From Patescibacteria group bacterium (GTDB lineage: Bacteria; Patescibacteriota; Minisyncoccia; Phycocordibacterales; UBA918): DNA of 64,000 bases. How positions within the stretch are numbered: position 1 is the first letter of the stretch; each line of letters starts with the position of its first letter. The DNA lies in assembly GCA_019750255.1 (NCBI GenBank), contig JAIEOU010000006.1, positions 52,142 through 116,141 of the forward strand, given 5' to 3'. The position numbers were made by a program, and so were the translations under genes. The notes beneath the pieces were generated by a model. That model had not been told where the DNA came from. It was given only the letters and a program-made list of their open reading frames with translations, and ran no database searches. Shown one piece after another: positions 12,001-17,675 of the stretch.

Positions 12001-13049
12001 AAAGACAACCGCAGTTGAGCATTATCAAGAACACTAGCCCCATCAAACTCGGGTAGAGTAAAGCCACTGAAACTGACCGGGTACTTACCGCACCCATCCT
12101 CCGCCTCACAAGCCGGAATACTTGCAACAAACTCTCCTGCACCGAGTGCTGGTCCAGACGGTACAACGCTCGTCTCAGCTGGTGCGATTTCGTTGACATT
12201 CGCAACTTCGCTATCACCACCAGCTTCGTCTTCTCCATCTATACCCTCATCTGCGGAAAAACTTTCTATAGCTGAGGATTCCTCATCCACTACCGGAACG
12301 CTCTCCAGCTCACCATCAAGAACCAGAACCTCTTCATTCACGAGCGGTACTTCATTAGGCGCTAACAGCGCTGGTTCCGCAGTAATTTCGGTCGGTTCCG
12401 ATTGTGACTCGGCATCGACGGCTGCTTCAGACACTTCTTGGGCATGCGGAAAAACGCCCCGACTAGTGGGAAACACTCCCCACACTATCGACGAATCACT
12501 CGGTACTCTAACTTGTGGTTCGGTCACCGGATCTGGCGACGGCGCGGGCTGTGGTTCAGTGTCGCTCGGAACCTCATTCACCGACTCCTCCACAATAGGC
12601 TCGGGTCGTTCCGCTTGAGGTAGAGCGGCTGCATCGGGTTGTACCGACCCTTCACCTTCGCTCTCTTCCACAGGAACCTCTACTGACTGTCCGCCTTCCG
12701 AATAAACCGAATCAATCGATACGCCCACTCCCTCTCCCGATGGACTACCATCCAGAGCAGGGGCAGACTCATCACCCCCACTCTCATTAGAAATCTGAGG
12801 CGTGACCACGGGGTAGGCAGCATTACCAGCGTTGAACTCTTGATACAACGCATATTCGCCAACATCCTGAACGAGAACCGACTCGATACCGGTCCAACTT
12901 GTCGTCTCTACCACTCCAGGAATCAATACGAGTTCAGTGGTTGTGTATACCGTTGTATCAATCGTCGCGTATACCAAAATTCCTCCGATGAAACACGGTA
13001 TGAGCAGCACCCAAGCGTAGGTGTGAAGGAGGGCTTTTTTAATAGTCAC
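1..13049 (-). CDS. Giant secreted/surface adhesin-like protein (>4,340 aa, 3' end runs off the left window edge). It has an N-terminal signal anchor, an acidic Pro/Glu-rich linker, a DUF2341-like module plus a LamG-type jelly-roll, FN3-like modules ending in 'TYYWRVRARD', and many beta-propeller-like repeats with 'WNG[ST]xW' signatures.
   Basis: Hand translation of the minus strand from a GTG at ~13049 gives a continuous reading frame to position 1. The ORF track shows no minus-strand fragments in this frame, and that is what you would expect if the ORF is open at the window edge and therefore not reported. The N-terminus 'VTIKKALLHTYAWVLLIPCFIGGILVYA' is signal/TM-like. The motif 'FYIYYGNPSAS' fits DUF2341, and 'GRIDEFRIASVERSAGWI' fits a LamG_3 fold. 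The repeated 'TYYWRVRARD/TYWWRVRGRD' matches an FN3 C-terminal strand. Repeated 'RYRLWNGTSW', 'VFRIWNGSSWSAT' and 'AMVWNGSSWTA' appear as recurring ccgttcca/ccattcca motifs on the plus strand. An upstream in-frame stop sits at 13086-13088. Confidence 0.6.
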   Translation of the reverse strand, partial: MTIKKALLHTYAWVLLIPCFIGGILVYATIDTTVYTTTELVLIPGVVETTSWTGIESVLVQDVGEYALYQEFNAGNAAYPVVTPQISNESGGDESAPALDGSPSGEGVGVSIDSVYSEGGQSVEVPVEESEGEGSVQPDAAALPQAERPEPIVEESVNEVPSDTEPQPAPSPDPVTEPQVRVPSDSSIVWGVFPTSRGVFPHAQEVSEAAVDAESQSEPTEITAEPALLAPNEVPLVNEEVLVLDGELESVPVVDEESSAIESFSADEGIDGEDEAGGDSEVANVNEIAPAETSVVPSGPALGAGEFVASIPACEAEDGCGKYPVSFSGFTLPEFDGASVLDNAQLRLSLAAKRNSATDYSGPQRFSIEFRYGSTTEFKVASIIDVEDEVSNGINGGYYLISFETPPQLADLSNLEVRVVFEGNLEAMESAYVESVWLEVTAGSFYEDASLASTTDQITYERDLALPKFHGLHNPDIDQTLSSLPSFTLSYAPQDGFLRRMWNAVFSENIYSVDSVRLTDAFGEVVDVPVSIEYHDETTWIVHFKGRPQKLVAGKYALSISINENDHIYVDSFEFYWGVLAVNSTKTMYGPGERVRLQMAALTDRGDTICDANLELKIIDPNNAISEVPVVQSGACGKNNVTNIPDYESQFGDTNTPGRYTVQLTHRNAAGSVVHVIEDFFEVHEYIPFDIERTAPTRIYPLAAYDVAITVEARRSFVGDIVERVPRGFVFEDTGGAEVVSRPDFTELVWKAVELKEGEKRTFSYRFDAPDLSPYTYLLGPLDMDGFRELRSWQIASDALSGIGWFTGTRTVGSTNLNNAASPLQWSTSTVDSYYFSHSTSTNSQTVTLRQSGDYFMAVTLPMTRTDGAASRSRVGVEVRVNGVAVPQGLGRSGFIRNANSHSESSSHAQFMLSGAQAGDEVTVQVQGLGTIEVTDIVNVSGQASMYVEYVQPTNDVFAATTTRTTNSTNLNQVTPFPFQWTETRQDAGYIHSNTISPENITILNPGTYRVHLSVPVTGDTTSNQNILGRVLLNGVQVSGGVFSQAYTAANADADADFNSSLHWSGVVVATTTNQVLTITAEREANTGTVTVSTSTGFVGSIYIEKMTTADTIVLRGRNLSGGIDWSDSPRESLLFDTSVIKDEAAFTHSTTTNNDDIIVDQAGTYLLTYNNALISGTQHANTRITVEVNGVAVSGAQTKSHYVRGQNAHDNSSGVLVFLLENLAASATINVMVEQEGANATTDDVTDAVITLTKKLDVDERPAAPTTFNTPFDNIRFASTTPFFDFRSVDPDGASNLTYEFALATSADFSNGITRFSSSSAGFRNTASTTDTSPFNENETIRFQLQPADALTDRATYYWRVRARDVSGSGEYGDWSVTQSLTVDLAVAVPNWYQSFDGQFEGNSFVGTVSSGNDRIQVDATVNQELLAAYAEGTVATPRYRLWNGTSWGLELNAVAVSNTINWVETAAAVNRNEYAMVTLDQSNDAFAQIYQASSSSWGNQVLLSNVLTSNIYRGIALTYESLSGDLMAISCTNGADPVFRIWNGSSWSATSTIDVSSLNNCNYIQAASDPTSDEIIVVVRDTGTQYEAMVWDGTAWVNNRIIGVPPAVAPEGVDVVYESSGEQALIVAANGTAASFAYTTWNGSEFSANTTQGIGNDLYYASLSPNPDSDAIVLCYVDADADIGAIRWDGGVWSATSELTTTGNAITGRPIDCEYETVAGRSGNIIAPYSDTGVDGDYHATFSTTTNSWTTNQAGSNMNDALWVQTERTSDGIVMALHYDDENDRLDTARWNGSGWTTSETLEAVIPAGGIYEAMSMSAKRFQFVQGTVRTPIINFNFVPNQATWGDITFSTSEPFGTDVKLRLRYTASTTCDTYVPNGALSGNSAGFDVTQSPINLTGLSTTTFSQICLEATLTTQGSESASLEDWILSWVREPRLIQSAYRWYSNGSFLTPTDAWPIGGVDIAESTAIDSSYAVSNSEAIRLRIALRGANVIQPTSTEQFKLQYAPGFTCSPGLAWADVGDTSSTTALWRGYENSIVGSDWYSASWLRRLKITVNKSLVSGVITNFPVYVNLDDLPDSFFTQVQSDGDDIRVTTSNGLTEVPFELVSINTTTRMGELHFKGDLSTSTDSEFYIYYGNPSASGYAVTAPFGRNNVWTNGYEAVYHLETSPASNLTDSTSNGRTLTTNGGMLGSQSTSSVMGNGVDFDGINDRLTNTAWSWLNTSNAVTVTAWNNVSTAETKTASLFGFNVSGTERLATHAPWNDAVLYWDYGTCCGVGGRLTTNYSAIRNKWTHIGLVSRGVATPGFMGIYLDGTAVATSTISDDPNVALTGFSLGSDLTTGGNHHDGRIDEFRIASVERSAGWILTERTNQSNPTGFYAVSSEELIGDGRVLPSTVLSASDYAETYEERNPTLANRNGLVVGNDAEWDFALQNNGAAANTNYCFRLVYNDGATLNTYTNYPRLITNAPPANPINEAPFDNEQTASTSPWFEFYANDALGDLISYEIEIDDSADFSSPVVTRNSVDTFALFTNLSNPSERSQYTSGQTIRFIPNAALANNTTYWWRVRGRDDFGSNTTGEWSVPTSVTVNSGTTITTWFQTTGEQFATNILFDAVVSTSSNDTGIDSGFTVATVTSSVIDYDDRDTGNAWGAFSYVHDVTSGSIRYYIEYRVGGDTFALVPDAALPGNSAGFTSSPVTLTNLNTSTYNELRIRAVLSGNSTVPRLQAWTVTWAETTTVPSLVTLFDNAKSGTTTPAVTFSSTDPESQDIRYEVQVSTSPLFTSSSTFLSGIDGGFINTASSSDTSPFRTGNVIRYQFQSPLLNGTTYWWRVRARDPGGSDTWTRYSSPRSFTIDTSITTSVWSQTTGDQFSTNSREDISTTTGAAVISTVVNEVMVTYGEGTGQAPRYRLWNGTAWDAAQTAESVGAQVRTVRLKAAPTRPEYALGTTGTDNDVNVQIYNSDSDTWSNVLELFNNVVNAERRAVDLAYETTSGDLMAISCAGTDAVYAIWNGTSWSATSSINLVNTNSCEWVLAASDPVSDEIIAVFRHTVAAGVDYEAMVWNGSSWTATTTFGELVEPESEGMALTYEESGNQAVLVVSTTTSTAAGSLFFRTWNGSAWSVASSATLGDHMEFGVLRPDVGTDRLALCYVDNDNNSGFALWNGSSWDAPVEVEPVAANGNNALPIDCAFETAAGRDGNLMITYSDNGTLSFYQTFSTVLSGELPLSTMPDGYEMEVVRAGDGRIHVTAFDDGALTNDDILASDWSGSFSALTTITGNSSQDANPEYTNASNMAARTYPIFTGGSMRSTSIDFDDGDGPRWEEITLNEATPGASTIEYRLYYRASTSLFTLVPDAVLPGNSVGFGSGPINISSLDTSIFNELQLDAQFICVAGNCPSLNEWAVEWSEGITVSGSAREFDGIATTTSGTVAVAVNGVLQAGKTGSITATGTWSVSNVSAFAGDTITVFVDGATDANEAVGVTTYDGIGNVTNMELTKRHLTIGSDDGATTTNAQFAGFDNVDDEDLFFTVGVGDVLTVCVEAVCGDGRLKVRSGSVYQPGALVATHDFANFGTFRPATNTLRISGSYNQQGTFIEDTSTILFTATSGTETLTATGTQYSFFNLSFGEASSTASYVLSRSLDVNGSLTITHGTLARATSTITVAGNLAIGFGGTMSGIATTTFDGTGSNTWGDSKASSTNIGFAVIDGAAKTITLSANVGAQSVTIGGDDTLNASGSGFNISVFQNWTNNNAFVAQGGTVTFVGTSTSGTISRGVSAFNNLSFTGAGSSWSFATATLVVSGSLSIATGTVTLPTGTTTIAGSFTNNGIFLHNNGEVRMTSTVAGRTITQSATVFNNAFYDLVFTGSGAWSFTESAATTSRNFRITAGTVTFPGGTLTVGGDFLTTGTGVFAHNNGEVILLVQQANTVSTNGSSFNNLRTRGSSGSWYGSGWTKRISVTVQSSQVPTTLTDFPVYINLSNLPDAFFSGVRSDGGDIRMTTADGVTEVPVEVVAINTVAKTGEVHFKAPTISSSTNTVFYVYYGNASAATNTASSTFGRNNVWTNGYEAVYHLETIPTGLMVDSTQNARNLTSFGAMDGSDSVPAVLGNGIDFDGVNDYLANAGFVWPNASNTITVTAWNNVSTAETKNANLFGFTESGGQRIAAHGPWGDAVLYWDFGTAGVPGRVTTSYASYRDKWTHMGLISPGAGGGNMSIFLDGAFIASSAAGDPSATLTGFSLGSLGASQYHDGRIDEFRIASVARTGGWMTTERNNQASSTTFYAVSGEELRRQRTFTDSNAVILGNFVLETGGDATFPNGTLSVGGSFDNDATFAANGGTVRFNSTAGAETI

Positions 13050-13101
13050 GTTACACAACCACCGCACTCCAAATGGAATGAGGGGCTATTTTAAATTATA
13101 A

Positions 13102-13135
13102 GCGACACGCCTCCCAGAAATGGGAGGCGTGTCGC
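13102..13135. terminator. Intrinsic terminator hairpin (stem gcgacacgcctccca / tgggaggcgtgtcgc, loop gaaa) flanked by A/T-rich sequence. It lies downstream of the cohesin-like gene and immediately upstream of the giant gene start.
   Basis: Perfect 15-bp inverted repeat seen directly in the sequence. The minus-strand side is followed by ttataatttaaaat. Confidence 0.6.
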
Positions 13136-13161
13136 TAAATTCTGGGGATGAATCCAGAAAC

Positions 13162-14706
13162 TTACTTTAGTATTGATTTTACATCACTGATTTCCTTTTC
13201 AATCAATGTTTCAGACACTTCAAGCGCCTGGGTCAATCCTTCAACTGCAATGCGCTCGTTCTTGGAGAGTCGCTTCTGCTTGGTGATCATATTTACCTGA
13301 TCATAGATTTCGTCTCGTAGCGCTGAGAATATTTTCTCCATTTGATCTTGAATCTCTCGCGTCTCCTTGCGCAATTTCTCTTCCTTAATACGCAGTTGCT
13401 TACGTTCATACCACATATATATGAGCTGTAATATCACGACAACAATGAGGAAGAAAATGAGGAGATTGACCGCGGTGAAGTAATCCCAAATCGACGTCAC
13501 GTCCTCTACTTCAAGCGGTTTGACCCAGCCTGACTGAATGAGTACCGCCTTGCTTCCCTCTCGCTTGTTGCCCGCCTTGTCGAATGCATCAATCTTTACA
13601 GTGTAGGTCCCATCCTCTAATTCCTTAAGTAGGTATCCGAGCTTAGCTTCATCTGGAGTAACTCTAATTGGTTCCTTGTCAGCAATCGTCATCTCGTAGT
13701 AATCAATCCCTGAAGTGACGTCCATCGCTTCAAAGGTAAGAAGTGGGAAGTCGGTCGGTAGCGTGCCGGGTACTACCAGTATTTCAAACGGTTCAGGTGG
13801 CGTGGTATCGATGCGTAGCTTTCGGTTAAGGATTCCGCCCCACCCAACTTGGTTCTGATACTGAATGCTAAAATATTGTTCACCATCGACAATCAGACCC
13901 TTATTAATGACAAACTCATCAATTGGTGGGTCATAAATCGCGTTTTGGTTCTTTGAGGGATCGTTATCTGACGAGGTGGCAATTTCAATCGCTACAGCAG
14001 TCACATCAAACGGCAATGTCCAAGTAAACACGCCGTCAGTTGATTTGTACCAAATCTCAGGATCGAGGAAGATTTGTGAACCGACTTCAGGAGCCCGTGG
14101 GGGATCTCCAAAGATAATCGCCTCTTCGCTTTCCTCCTCTTCTGCTTCTGGCTCTGCTGTTGGTGTGGCGGGAGGAGTTGCAGGCGGTGGCGGAGTGGCG
14201 GTAGCACTAATGGTAAAACTGCCCTGCGTCGAGTTTTCAAATACGTCCGTCCCCCGACCATCAGCCGCCAGCACCGAAGCACTAGAGAACGTAACAGCTG
14301 CGGTACCAGCCGCAACAGTTCGGAACGTAACGTTAATTAAATTTGATGTAGCAGTAAAGGGTGTGGGGCTACCACCACCAAAAGTAACAGTACCGGCAGT
14401 GTTTGAAAACGCAGGCTCAGTTGTCCATAAAGAAAATACCGAACCGTCTTTACTGACACTCACCACACTGAGAAGAGTGGGGTCGAACTTCAGTGCGGCT
14501 TCAACCGCGTTTACATTTGCACCACCGGGCGCCACACGAATGGTGGCGGTGAACGTCTGGCCAATGTTGTACGTACCCGTCGACGGTGCGATCACAACGT
14601 CAGCAGCAAAAACCGGGTTAACCCACACATGCGCTGCAGCGATGAATAAAAAAGCAACAAACAGATTTATGCAGACCTTACGTGATAAAGAAAAGAACGA
14701 AGTCAT
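13162..14706 (-). CDS. Cohesin-like domain membrane protein. It has a signal peptide, an N-terminal cohesin/Ig-like beta-sandwich, a Pro/Thr then Glu-rich linker, a second extracellular domain, a single TM helix and a cytoplasmic coiled-coil tail.
   Basis: The 514-aa ORF includes 'IGQTFTATIRVAPGGANVNAVEAALKFDPTLLSVVSVS', which matches the cohesin-domain pattern. The linker is 'TPPPPATPPATPTAEPEAEEEESEE'. The TM helix is 'AVNLLIFFLIVVVILQLIYMWY', followed by a K/E-rich heptad tail. Confidence 0.7.
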   Translation of the reverse strand: MTSFFSLSRKVCINLFVAFLFIAAAHVWVNPVFAADVVIAPSTGTYNIGQTFTATIRVAPGGANVNAVEAALKFDPTLLSVVSVSKDGSVFSLWTTEPAFSNTAGTVTFGGGSPTPFTATSNLINVTFRTVAAGTAAVTFSSASVLAADGRGTDVFENSTQGSFTISATATPPPPATPPATPTAEPEAEEEESEEAIIFGDPPRAPEVGSQIFLDPEIWYKSTDGVFTWTLPFDVTAVAIEIATSSDNDPSKNQNAIYDPPIDEFVINKGLIVDGEQYFSIQYQNQVGWGGILNRKLRIDTTPPEPFEILVVPGTLPTDFPLLTFEAMDVTSGIDYYEMTIADKEPIRVTPDEAKLGYLLKELEDGTYTVKIDAFDKAGNKREGSKAVLIQSGWVKPLEVEDVTSIWDYFTAVNLLIFFLIVVVILQLIYMWYERKQLRIKEEKLRKETREIQDQMEKIFSALRDEIYDQVNMITKQKRLSKNERIAVEGLTQALEVSETLIEKEISDVKSILK

Positions 14707-14708
14707 AT

Positions 14709-15176
14709 TTATACAGGCCGCGAAGCACGCTTCTCTTGAGTAACTCGCAATCGCACCCTTTCTTTCTCCTCCGGCTTCAGTAGTGGGAGCGTTAATATTA
14801 AAACACCATTTTTTATCTTTGCTTCCGCTTTCTCAATGTCTACACTCTCCGGCAATATAATACGTCGGTAGAAATCTCCCCAAATACATTCCTCAGCCAC
14901 AAACGCACCCTGCACTTTCTTCTTCGGAAAAACTAAATATTCAGGGCGCACTCTCCTGCCCTCAATAAGAATGATATCTGCGTCGCCTTCAATCGAAACA
15001 TGCACGTCATTCATATCAGCGCCAGCTGATTGGGCATACACGACAATCAAACGGTCACTTTGAAATACATCAACATCAAGTTGGGCAACTTTATCAACTG
15101 CAGTTTCTTCCGCTGCTGATTGTAGCGCGTCGCCGGATTTAACACCTCTACCTTTGAGTCGCTGCAGAAAGGACAT
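14709..15176 (-). CDS. Small heat-shock protein, Hsp20/alpha-crystallin family
   Basis: 155-aa ORF with an alpha-crystallin domain and the signature 'GVLILTLPLLKPEE'. Its stop is 2 nt from the start of the cohesin-like gene. Confidence 0.8.
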   Translation of the reverse strand: MSFLQRLKGRGVKSGDALQSAAEETAVDKVAQLDVDVFQSDRLIVVYAQSAGADMNDVHVSIEGDADIILIEGRRVRPEYLVFPKKKVQGAFVAEECIWGDFYRRIILPESVDIEKAEAKIKNGVLILTLPLLKPEEKERVRLRVTQEKRASRPV

Positions 15177-15354
15177 ATGTGTACAGTATATGGTATTGCA
15201 TAGTTTTTTACGTTACGTTTACCCACAGACATAATAAAGTTTAACCACCTTTCTTTTCGAACGAAGCGATGCAATCCAATGCCGCCTTAGCACGTCGCAG
15301 CCACTCGTTATACATACATCAACGCAAGGACGTTACCGGCTAAAGTATAGACAT

Positions 15355-15398
15355 GCAGGTTGCCGCCACTACTTTACGCGCTTTGATGCGCAAAAGTA
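15355..15398. terminator. Imperfect hairpin (cactactttacgcgc ... gcgcaaaagtagtg) downstream of the dockerin protein gene; possible terminator
   Basis: Inverted repeat seen in the sequence. There is no strong T-tract, so confidence is low. Confidence 0.3.
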
Positions 15399-15555
15399 GT
15401 GACAAGGAGAGCTAAGGAGACCGTAGGTCGACTACAGCTTCCTTGGTCAAACACTTCAATATATTCGACCTTCAGAGGGAGAATATATTGACTTAGTGTT
15501 TGTAGGCAACTGACGAAGTAAACTATAGTCGGCCTACGGCCTCGTTAGTTCCACT

Positions 15556-17466
15556 TCAACCGGTCCAATTGAATAGCAGAATCGAGAAGTCGGTCAAGTT
15601 TACCCGCGTATCGCCGTTTATATCAGCCGGAGGACTGGAATCACCACCACTGGTAGACCACCAGAAGAGGAGAATAGAGAAGTCGGTCAAGTTAACCCGA
15701 CCGTCAGTATTCAAATCCGCGTTCATGCGACGGTCCGCTGTTTCCCCCACTCCGTAGAGTGTGTAGTTAGAAAAATTGGTTGCCAAGGTACCCTCTCCAA
15801 CCGCCCGCGCTCGAACTTTATACGTTCCGTTTGAAAATCCGGCCGTATCGAGTGGAATTGACCAAGCCCCGCCAGCGTCACTTGTTGCGGTTAGGACCTT
15901 ACGCGACGCGACACTTCCCTGCTTTTCGTTTTCAATGGTAATAGTGGCGTTAGGCATTGCATAACCCGACAACGTAGCCGCCGTTCCCGGCGTAACTGGA
16001 TCGGGGGAAACCTTAATCGATGGGGCGACATTAATATTCGAAAGCGCTGTGGTGCGGGCACCACTTACGGTGAACGACGTACTGAACGTACTGGACTTAA
16101 CTTGAGCCGCATCGGTAGCAAACACACCGAATGTGTACACTCCCCGCGCAATCTGGTCTATCGTGGCCGAGTACGAGCCTGTATTTCCAGCGGTTACCTG
16201 AGCAGCTTGTTTACCATCAACCAACACAGTGACCCTCGCTCGCGGAAACGCAAAACCAGTGATTTCTACCCGACCGTCCCCACTGCGGAAAGGTCCGTCG
16301 GTAGACTCAAAGCCTCCTCCAGCCGTGCTCCCGGAACCAGGTCCACGTCCACCCCCACCCCCACCCCCGGCCCCGCCCGTTCCCGACGACCCACCAAGTT
16401 CCGGAGCCTCGCCGTTGGACTCGCCGGTGGTTCCTCCAGCTCCACCTCCATCTCCCGTTCCATTATTACCTTGACCGCTACCATCACCAGAAACCGCACC
16501 GGCAGTGTTAGCCTGACCAGTCGGAACGTCGTTTACGGAAAACTGAATCAAGAAGTCATCGGTGTTAAAGTTCCCTTCATCATCCATACAGCGCACGTAG
16601 TAACGCTGCACCGAATTTGGAATGATTGTAACAATGGTGGAATGGAAAATGAGTCCCGTATTTGCGAACGTTGACGGCATGGCACCATAGGCGACGCTCG
16701 AGGAAGCGGAAAACTTACAAATCGCTAACTCATCAGTTTCTAGACTTATTTCTACACTAAGGGTTGTCCCACCCACCGTACTCGTTGGAGTGGGATTAAA
16801 ACGAAATGGAGGGATGGTTTCAGTTGTATCAACAGGACCGACCCCCACGCGTTCAACGATGGCAATTGAAAAACCGGCGTTGGCAACTTCTGTACCGTCA
16901 TAAATCCGAACATCCACCACGTGCGTTCCCGCCACACTACTATTCACCACTCCTGGTGTATCTTCAGGGGTCGTGGACGTGCCGGTAGTGGTACTAAATG
17001 ATTCACTAAAAACCGAAGACATTGACGTGTGGTCACCAATCTTTAACTCTAGCCTACTCCCGGCTGAAAGACCGACTGTTGGTTCCAGTGTGTACCGGAT
17101 CATTCCCGGTGTTCCCGGAAAAATTTCAACCTGGTCAACACCTGGTGAAGCGACCACGTCCGCCGTGCGCAGGGTGCCATCCACAATCAGCTCGACGTTG
17201 CGCTCATTAAATGAGCTACTGGCAATCACCTCAAACCCGGGCGGCGGTACGACCTCGATGTAGCCACCGGGAGATACGGCCGTATCGAGACGAAAGGCAA
17301 GAGTATGGTTAGCCAGGAAGGTTGGGGCGGAGGTTGAAATCGTATCTTTGTATTCGTTGATATTGCGCGCCTGTAATAATCCGGGAAATAGCGAAAAGGC
17401 CCAGATAAAAGCTAAAAAACTACAGGCAAATAATCCCGCCCATAATTTAGCGACTGTACTTCTCAT
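15556..17466 (-). CDS. Dockerin-containing secreted surface protein (signal peptide, beta-sandwich domains, Gly-rich linker, C-terminal type-I dockerin with two Ca-binding repeats)
   Basis: The C-terminus carries 'ADLNTDGRVNLTDFSILLFWW' and 'ADINGDTRVNLTDFSILLFNWTG', which is the dockerin duplicated DxNxDGxVNxxD repeat. The Gly-rich linker is 'GGGAGGTTGESNGEAPELGGSSGTGGAGGGGGGG'. The start is set at the internal Met 'MRSTVAKLWAGLFACSFLAFIWAFSL' (signal peptide, rc ATG at 17464-17466). The ORF track's upstream Met at 17565 adds 33 non-signal residues. Confidence 0.75.
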   Translation of the reverse strand: MRSTVAKLWAGLFACSFLAFIWAFSLFPGLLQARNINEYKDTISTSAPTFLANHTLAFRLDTAVSPGGYIEVVPPPGFEVIASSSFNERNVELIVDGTLRTADVVASPGVDQVEIFPGTPGMIRYTLEPTVGLSAGSRLELKIGDHTSMSSVFSESFSTTTGTSTTPEDTPGVVNSSVAGTHVVDVRIYDGTEVANAGFSIAIVERVGVGPVDTTETIPPFRFNPTPTSTVGGTTLSVEISLETDELAICKFSASSSVAYGAMPSTFANTGLIFHSTIVTIIPNSVQRYYVRCMDDEGNFNTDDFLIQFSVNDVPTGQANTAGAVSGDGSGQGNNGTGDGGGAGGTTGESNGEAPELGGSSGTGGAGGGGGGGRGPGSGSTAGGGFESTDGPFRSGDGRVEITGFAFPRARVTVLVDGKQAAQVTAGNTGSYSATIDQIARGVYTFGVFATDAAQVKSSTFSTSFTVSGARTTALSNINVAPSIKVSPDPVTPGTAATLSGYAMPNATITIENEKQGSVASRKVLTATSDAGGAWSIPLDTAGFSNGTYKVRARAVGEGTLATNFSNYTLYGVGETADRRMNADLNTDGRVNLTDFSILLFWWSTSGGDSSPPADINGDTRVNLTDFSILLFNWTG

Positions 17467-17675
17467 ATATATGTATTGTACCGTGCTACAAAACGAAACC
17501 ACCCCGTCATGCACAGTGAGCAGAAGCAAGGAGGGCGAAGGACGACTATTGTTTTGCTTATGCAAGCGCTTCAGCAGATTCTACTTTTAAGAGGAGAATA
17601 TGCTGGTAGCGACTTGCCTAGTAAAGTGAGTTATGTGTGACAATAGCAACACATCGGCCGATGCACTAGAAACTC

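Noticed and set aside
238-12865. Many short plus- and minus-strand ORFs (60-184 aa) and the absence of any long ORF in the track, suggesting non-coding DNA or a degraded pseudogene
   Set aside because: They are out-of-frame or antisense shadows of the giant minus-strand gene. The real frame is open from ~13049 to the window edge and so was not reported by a start-to-stop ORF caller.
13976-14743. 255-aa plus-strand ORF overlapping the cohesin-like gene
   Set aside because: It is antisense to a gene with clear domain structure. Its low-complexity Ser/Ala/Gly composition mirrors the Pro/Thr linker on the other strand.
16229-16499. Pro-rich ORF 'PPPAVLPEPGPRPPPPPPPAPPVP' on the plus strand and its minus-strand partner
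   Set aside because: These are antisense or alternative-frame readings of the Gly-rich linker-coding region (GGGAGGTTG...) of the dockerin protein gene.
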